From the NCBI GenBank assembly GCA_963791325.1, contig CAWBRU010000002.1, positions 266,632 to 330,631 on the forward strand: DNA of 64,000 bases, read 5' to 3'. The DNA comes from an uncultured Alphaproteobacteria bacterium (lineage in GTDB: Bacteria; Pseudomonadota; Alphaproteobacteria; Rhizobiales; Rhizobiaceae). Shown here in pieces: positions 59,151 to 64,000 of this stretch. The stretch's first letter is position 1; each line of letters begins with the position of its first letter. The notes beneath the pieces were generated by a model. The model was not told where the DNA came from. It worked only from the letters and a program-made list of their open reading frames with translations, and did not search any database. Made by a program: the position numbers and the translations under genes.

Positions 59151-59775
59151 CCCCCACGCGATGCGAGTCGACCAGACATTTCCCTCGTCGCCGCCCAGTT
59201 ACTGTAATCTCAGCCCAGAGTTTTGGCCACTGCCAATCCGAGGAAACGATGCGGACCAGCAAGGAAAGCACGACAAGATTGCTTTGCCTGTGCTTTGCCG
59301 CAGGCCCATTGAGTTGTTGCGAATCGCTAAGACATGGCCTCCAGGCCAGTCGAAGCCGGGTTCAACGGACGTTGCATCGACTTTAGGGCAAAGGCCACGC
59401 TGTTGAAATCATATGACCGATTGACAGCGGGCTCACACGGTCTATCCTGAACCGGACGCAGTGGTCCGATGGCAGCAATCCGATGGATATGGCTGCCGCA
59501 GCAAGTGACGCTGAATCTGAGTGAATCGCGCATCGTTGTGTGCTTTTCTACCTGTCACAGCCGGTTTTCGGGTATCGGCGGCAATTATTTTTGCGGATTA
59601 ACTTGACAGTGTGGCGCTACTATTTATGTGATTGTAGATCTCTCTGGATTGGCCTGTGTGCGGCACCGGCATGGTAGGACTGTATAAAGCCTTATACTGG
59701 TAGGGTGGCATAGTACCGAACGAAGAAGGTTTCATGTCCTGCTCGCATTGGCGGCGTTGCTAGAAGGATAGTCGA

Positions 59776-60519
59776 GTGTACGGGGCACGCATGGTAGATC
59801 GAGAGGCGGAGCAGAGCCGAGACGTCAAGACGGCGATCCTGGAGGCGGCGGAAACGGTGTTCGCGGTCTACGGGTTTCATGGCGCGACCACCCGGGCCAT
59901 CGCCGAGGAAGCCGACGTCAACCTGGCGATGATCCACTACCATTTCGGCAGCAAGGAACAGCTGCACGAGAAGATCTTGACGACGCGCGCGGGACAGTTG
60001 GTCGCCAGGCGCCTCGAACTGCTTGACGCTGCACTCGCCAATCCCAAGACATTGACGCCCGACGGCGTGCTGGATGCGCTGATGCGTCCGCTCTATGAAT
60101 TCGCCCAGGCCGACCCGGTCGGTGCCCGCCACTACGCCTTGCTCGCCAACCAGTTGGTCTCCGGCGCCGACGAGCGCTCGCGCCGCATGGCTGCCGACCT
60201 GTTCGATGAACTCGGCCGCCGGTTCAGCCTCGCCTTCGAGAAGAGCCTGCCGGCGCTCGGCCGCATCAACGCGGTCTGGGCCTACCAGTATGCGATCGCA
60301 CTGGGCACCCAGATGCTGGTGCGCACCGAGCGTGCCAACCGCCTCGCCGGCAACAGCCATGCCGCCGGCCTGGACCAAAGCTATCGGATCACCTTCCAGC
60401 TGTTGTCCTCCGGCATCCGCGCATTGACGGAACTGCCGCGCAAGACCCGCAGGAAGACGCCGGCGCGTCCCGCGGCAGGCGCCAAGAAGGCGAAGACCAA
60501 GGCTACCGCCAACCGCTAG
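59776..60519 (+). CDS. TetR/AcrR-family transcriptional regulator
   Basis: ILEAAETVFAVYGFHGATTRAIAEEADVNLAMIHYHFGSKEQL is the HTH. GTG at 59776; an alternative ATG lies at 59791. The C-terminal tail is basic. Confidence 0.85.
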   Translation: MYGARMVDREAEQSRDVKTAILEAAETVFAVYGFHGATTRAIAEEADVNLAMIHYHFGSKEQLHEKILTTRAGQLVARRLELLDAALANPKTLTPDGVLDALMRPLYEFAQADPVGARHYALLANQLVSGADERSRRMAADLFDELGRRFSLAFEKSLPALGRINAVWAYQYAIALGTQMLVRTERANRLAGNSHAAGLDQSYRITFQLLSSGIRALTELPRKTRRKTPARPAAGAKKAKTKATANR

Positions 60520-61157
60520 ACGCCGCGCGACAGGCAGGTCCCGTCCGGCAGCGTGCCCCAGGCACGCATTCTATAGTCATGCACCTGCTCAGGCGGGAGG
60601 CCGGGTCGCGGCGGACCCAGCACTTCCTCAGTCGACCTTCAGTGTTAATTTGCAGAACGCGAGATGCGCCCTCGACAACTCCATTCGGGCCCAGGACCAG
60701 GGGCCGGGTGCGAGCCAACTGCGGCCGCAACGGTCGACCCAAAAAGAGATGTGACTGCCGGTCGCCATGTCGACAAAGGCAAAGCCATTGAAGTTCATCG
60801 GGCGGCCGCCGAGAACAAATGCGAGAAGATGGCGCATGGAGCTTGCTCCTAGGTCGGGAAGCCTTTCATTGCGATAATTGTCGGCTCGGGACGAAGCCTC
60901 ACCCGCTCATGAAGGAGCATGTGATGGTGTCTTACATCGCCCCAGGTTTCTCATAAATTGCTCGACAGTACTGTATTTGTCAATTGACCAAATCATATGA
61001 TTTTTTGGCTCGCCATTCGGCTGTGCTCCCCGGCCTAAGATCAGTCAAGAACTGCAGCTCGGCGAAAATGTCAGGTGCAGACAGGTCCTCGACAGGTGAG
61101 CCGGGCGAGTGAAGCGTCGGCAGCCGTGACCGCCCAAATCGAACAGGAGACGACCTC

Positions 61158-61439
61158 GTGAAGAACACCCTCATTGCAGCTCTGGCCCTCCTCGCATCCG
61201 TGCCGATGGCGGCGCACGCGGAGGAAGAAAAAAACGACTGTACCCGCGTGCCGAAAGCGCAGTGGATGAGCGAGAGCGCAATCAAGTCGAGCGTCGAGAA
61301 GGCCGGCTACACCAATCTGCGAAGCATCGAAGTCAAAGGCTCGTGCTATGAAATCTATGCGTTTAGGGACGGCCAGCGCACCGAGATCCACGTTGATCCT
61401 GCGACCGGAATGATCTTTTCCGCCGGCGAGAGCGACTGA
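61158..61439 (+). CDS. PepSY-domain periplasmic protein
   Basis: GTG start after AGGAGA. Signal peptide MKNTLIAALALLASVPMAAHA, then a PepSY-like SIEVKGSCYEIYAFRDGQRTEIHVDPATGMI. Confidence 0.75.
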   Translation: MKNTLIAALALLASVPMAAHAEEEKNDCTRVPKAQWMSESAIKSSVEKAGYTNLRSIEVKGSCYEIYAFRDGQRTEIHVDPATGMIFSAGESD

Positions 61440-61443
61440 TCCG

Positions 61444-62031
61444 ATGTGGCGCTCACGCTTTGAAGGCGGAGGGCCGGAAACATTCCGCCTCGACGTGCCC
61501 GATGCCCGCCATTGCGCTGTAAGAGTGTGGGATCCTGTGGTGCGAATCTTTCACTGGGGCGTTGTCCTCGGCTGCACACTCAACCTTTTCATCCTCGAAG
61601 AGGGAAAGTGGCTTCATCGGTGGGTCGGGTACACGGTCATGGGGCTGCTCGCCGTCCGATTCGTCTGGGGTTTTGCCGGGTCGCCCTTTGCCCGTTTCTC
61701 TTCGTTCTTTCCGACGCCCGGCCGGCTTGCCGAATACACGCATGACCTTCTGCACGGCCGCGACAAACGTCATCTTGGGCACAATCCGCTGGCCGCCCTC
61801 ATGATGTTCACCCTGATGGCGCTCCTTGCGGTCACCACGGCAAGCGGCTACATGCAGACCCTCGACGCTTTTTGGGGCGTGAAATGGGTCAAGCGACTCC
61901 ATGAATTTTCGGCCGACTTCATCATGGTGTTCGCCGGCTTGCACGCTGCAGCGGCACTCGCTGAGAGTTGGCGGCACCGCGAGAATCTGATTTGGTCGAT
62001 GGTTACGGGGCGGAAGCGTCGGATCGACTGA
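61444..62031 (+). CDS. cytochrome b561-family membrane protein
   Basis: VWDPVVRIFHWGVVLGCTLNLF ... HNPLAALMMFTLMALLAVTTASG ... LHEFSADFIMVFAGLHAAAAL carries 4 TM segments with conserved His. Confidence 0.8.
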   Translation: MWRSRFEGGGPETFRLDVPDARHCAVRVWDPVVRIFHWGVVLGCTLNLFILEEGKWLHRWVGYTVMGLLAVRFVWGFAGSPFARFSSFFPTPGRLAEYTHDLLHGRDKRHLGHNPLAALMMFTLMALLAVTTASGYMQTLDAFWGVKWVKRLHEFSADFIMVFAGLHAAAALAESWRHRENLIWSMVTGRKRRID

Positions 62032-62032
62032 C

Positions 62033-62710
62033 ATGCGACTTCTGCTTGTTGAAGACAGCCGGCGACTGACCGAACTGATCGTCGAAAGCGTGCACGGCGC
62101 CGGCTGGCGCATCGATGGTGTCGGCACCCTGGCCGAGGCTTTCGTGGCGCTTCAATGCGAAGAGCACGATCTTCTGGTCCTCGATCTAGGCTTGCCCGAT
62201 GGCAACGGGGTCGACCTGCTCCGGCAGCTGCGCAAAAACGGGTCAACGATTCCTGTGCTGATCGTAACGGCCGCAGGCGATGTCGACGCGCGCATTTCCG
62301 GGCTCGACGCAGGCGCCGACGACTATCTTGTCAAGCCGTTCCACCATCACGAATTCCTGGCGCGATGCCGGGCGCTCGCGCGGCGGCGCGGCGGCGCGGC
62401 GGCGCCTATTCTGGCCGCGGGAAACTTGCGTTACGATCCGGCGACGGGACGGCTTACATGCGCAGGCAAGCGCATCGCCGTAGCGCCGCGCGAGCGGCAG
62501 CTTGTCGAACTCCTGATGCGCGACGTTGACCGCGTCGTCCCAAAGCGCCGGCTCGAGCACGCGCTTTCCGAGTTCGGGAACCTTCTTTCGGCCAATGCGC
62601 TGGAGCTTGCCGTGTCGCGGGTTCGCAAGAAGTTCGGCGAGGTCCCTTCGGGCGCGGAGGTCGAGACTGTGCGCGGCATCGGCTATCTCCTGCGCACGGT
62701 CGATACGTGA
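62033..62710 (+). CDS. OmpR/PhoB-family response regulator
   Basis: MRLLLVEDS...DLLVLDLGLPDGNG is the receiver domain. A winged-helix C-terminus follows (VETVRGIGYLLR). Confidence 0.9.
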   Translation: MRLLLVEDSRRLTELIVESVHGAGWRIDGVGTLAEAFVALQCEEHDLLVLDLGLPDGNGVDLLRQLRKNGSTIPVLIVTAAGDVDARISGLDAGADDYLVKPFHHHEFLARCRALARRRGGAAAPILAAGNLRYDPATGRLTCAGKRIAVAPRERQLVELLMRDVDRVVPKRRLEHALSEFGNLLSANALELAVSRVRKKFGEVPSGAEVETVRGIGYLLRTVDT

Positions 62711-64000
62711 AGCCGGCGAAATCGCTCCGGTCGATCGTCGCCCGGCGAATCCTGCTCTTCGCCGTGCTTGCAAGCGTTCTGGAGATCTGTGTCGTCTTCG
62801 CCGACTACTGGTTCGACGAAGGCGAACTCGGACGCCTCCTCATCGAGCACGAGACGGTGCGAATCGCGGATGCTTATCGCGCCAGCCTGCGTGACCACGC
62901 GCCATTTCCCGACCCGGCGCTGTCAGAGCGCTATGAACTTGAGGGTTCAGCCGCGGCGCGCGAGAAGGGCAGCGCCGTTGAGCGGCGGGAAGAAGAAGCG
63001 GTGGCGCCCGGATATTTCTTGCGCGTCAGGCTGGCCGAAGGAAAGGTTCTCTATTCAAACTGCGGAGACGAGTGCAACGAGCACTTCCTCCCACTCGATC
63101 TGAACCCTCCGAGCTTCTGGGACCGGATGATCGAGCCTGTGAAGCCCCTCACGGTGGCGGGTGGGCGCACCTTCTCCGGTGAGGACGTCGAGGCGAGCCC
63201 ACTGATCGTCGACTTCGCAAGCGTCGCAGATCCGGCGCGACTTGTGAACAATGTGCTGTTCGGCGAGATGGTCGACCACATGATCGTGCCGATGGGTCTG
63301 ATGCTGTTTTTGGTGATCGGCGCAAGCATTCTGTCGATCGGTCAAGCCCTTCGGCCGGTTGCCGAGGCGGCACGAGCGGCCGACGCGATGGAGCCCCGCA
63401 GCATGGGCAGCGAACTGCCGACGGCAGCCTTGCCGCGCGAAATCGCCGACCTGACGAGGGCCGTCAACCGCGCCCTGGCCCGGGTCGGTGAACTGGTGCG
63501 TTCGCAGAAGCTCTTTGCAGCCGCCATCGCCCACGAGATCCGCACGCCGGTCGCAATCGTCAAGTTGGAGCTCGAACGGATCGATCATCCACGCGCACGC
63601 CGAGCCGAACGCGACCTCGACAACCTGACGCACACGCTGGAGCAACTGACCGCGCTTGCCCGCCTGGATGCGGTGGAAGGCGAGGCCTTCTCACACCGGA
63701 GTCTTGCCTCGCTTGCCCTCGACACTGTCGAGCAGCTTGCTCCCCTCGTTTATGCGAGCGGCCGCTCGATCGAGCTTCGCGTCGACCAAGACGTCGAGAT
63801 CGACGTTGTCCCGGCTCTCATCGTTATCCTTATTCGCAATCTCGTTGAAAACGCCGTCAAGCACACGAGGCCGGGCACGGCCATCACCGTCTCGGTGGAC
63901 GCTCCCGCAGTTCTTTCGGTCACCGACACAGGCGACGGTTTTGCAATGAGCGAACGCCCGGCGGACAAAGAGGTCGGTGCGGTTCGGCAGTCAGGCTCGC
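62707..64000 (+). CDS. sensor histidine kinase (partial, runs off the right edge)
   Basis: Own translation from the GTG at 62707, which overlaps the regulator stop. It has two TM segments, the H-box FAAAIAHEIRTPVA and the N-box LIRNLVENAVKHT. No stop occurs before 64000, so it is not in the ORF track. Confidence 0.85.
   Translation, partial: MKPAKSLRSIVARRILLFAVLASVLEICVVFADYWFDEGELGRLLIEHETVRIADAYRASLRDHAPFPDPALSERYELEGSAAAREKGSAVERREEEAVAPGYFLRVRLAEGKVLYSNCGDECNEHFLPLDLNPPSFWDRMIEPVKPLTVAGGRTFSGEDVEASPLIVDFASVADPARLVNNVLFGEMVDHMIVPMGLMLFLVIGASILSIGQALRPVAEAARAADAMEPRSMGSELPTAALPREIADLTRAVNRALARVGELVRSQKLFAAAIAHEIRTPVAIVKLELERIDHPRARRAERDLDNLTHTLEQLTALARLDAVEGEAFSHRSLASLALDTVEQLAPLVYASGRSIELRVDQDVEIDVVPALIVILIRNLVENAVKHTRPGTAITVSVDAPAVLSVTDTGDGFAMSERPADKEVGAVRQSGS

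Noticed and set aside
59600-59640. Sigma70-like promoter (TTGACA at about 59603 with a downstream TATTTA/TATGTG) upstream of the TetR gene
   Set aside because: Spacing between the -35-like and -10-like hexamers is either about 12 nt or gives a poor -10. I could not make a convincing 16-18-nt spaced pair.
60628-60837. 69-aa minus-strand ORF (MRHLLAFVLGGRPMNFNGFAFVDMATGSHISFWVDR...)
   Set aside because: It has no recognisable family, no clear RBS, and lies in an AT-rich spacer. It could be a gene fragment, but the evidence is insufficient to report a CDS.

Overview
High-GC (visually about 65%) alphaproteobacterial DNA, probably Hyphomicrobiales/Rhizobiales. That guess rests on DUF1013/TrcR-like, DUF1192 and IalB-like genes plus a rhizobial-type intergenic repeat. 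All calls come from reading the six-frame translations and the DNA by eye; no database search was run.

Layout:
(1) 1-6.2 kb, minus strand: a sugar ABC transporter (ATPase, permease, binding protein), followed by an enolase-superfamily gene, a gluconolactonase-like gene and an SDR gene. Those last three carry five single-base frameshifts between them.
(2) 6.4-18.6 kb: an uncharacterised catabolic cluster. It holds a tartrate-dehydrogenase-like enzyme, an amidohydrolase, a VOC protein, an EthD protein, two SDRs, an AMP-ligase, a stand-alone 78-aa lipoyl-domain protein, 2-oxoacid dehydrogenase E1 beta and alpha, a family III CoA-transferase and an AceE-like homodimeric E1. No E2 or E3 is present.
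(3) 18.7-22.9 kb: housekeeping-like genes (DUF1013, quinone oxidoreductase, DUF1192, MFS transporter, ArsR).
(4) about 22.9-61 kb: an accessory, patchily AT-richer island. It contains four giant type Va autotransporters (28152-36794 +, 37807-43346 -, 43488-49424 -, 50264-54031 -), two of them disrupted. One of the four has an N-terminal YVTN-type beta-propeller. The island also holds a free secreted beta-propeller paralog, an IalB-like protein, a uxs/galE-like sugar-nucleotide pair, LysR/LacI/TetR regulators and several gene remnants.
(5) 61.1-64 kb: a PepSY / cytochrome b561 / OmpR-type response regulator / histidine kinase module; the kinase runs off the right edge.

Most interesting signals:
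- AT-rich palindromes recur in the island promoters. One is a CG-centred LacI-operator-like palindrome shared by the LacI gene and two autotransporter promoters.
- A beta-propeller is fused to an autotransporter.
- An orphan lipoyl-carrier/E1 cluster lacks E2 and E3.
- The autotransporters show a G7 homopolymer frameshift, an in-repeat nonsense codon and clustered +1 insertions.

No rRNA, tRNA, CRISPR array, transposase or integrase was recognised.
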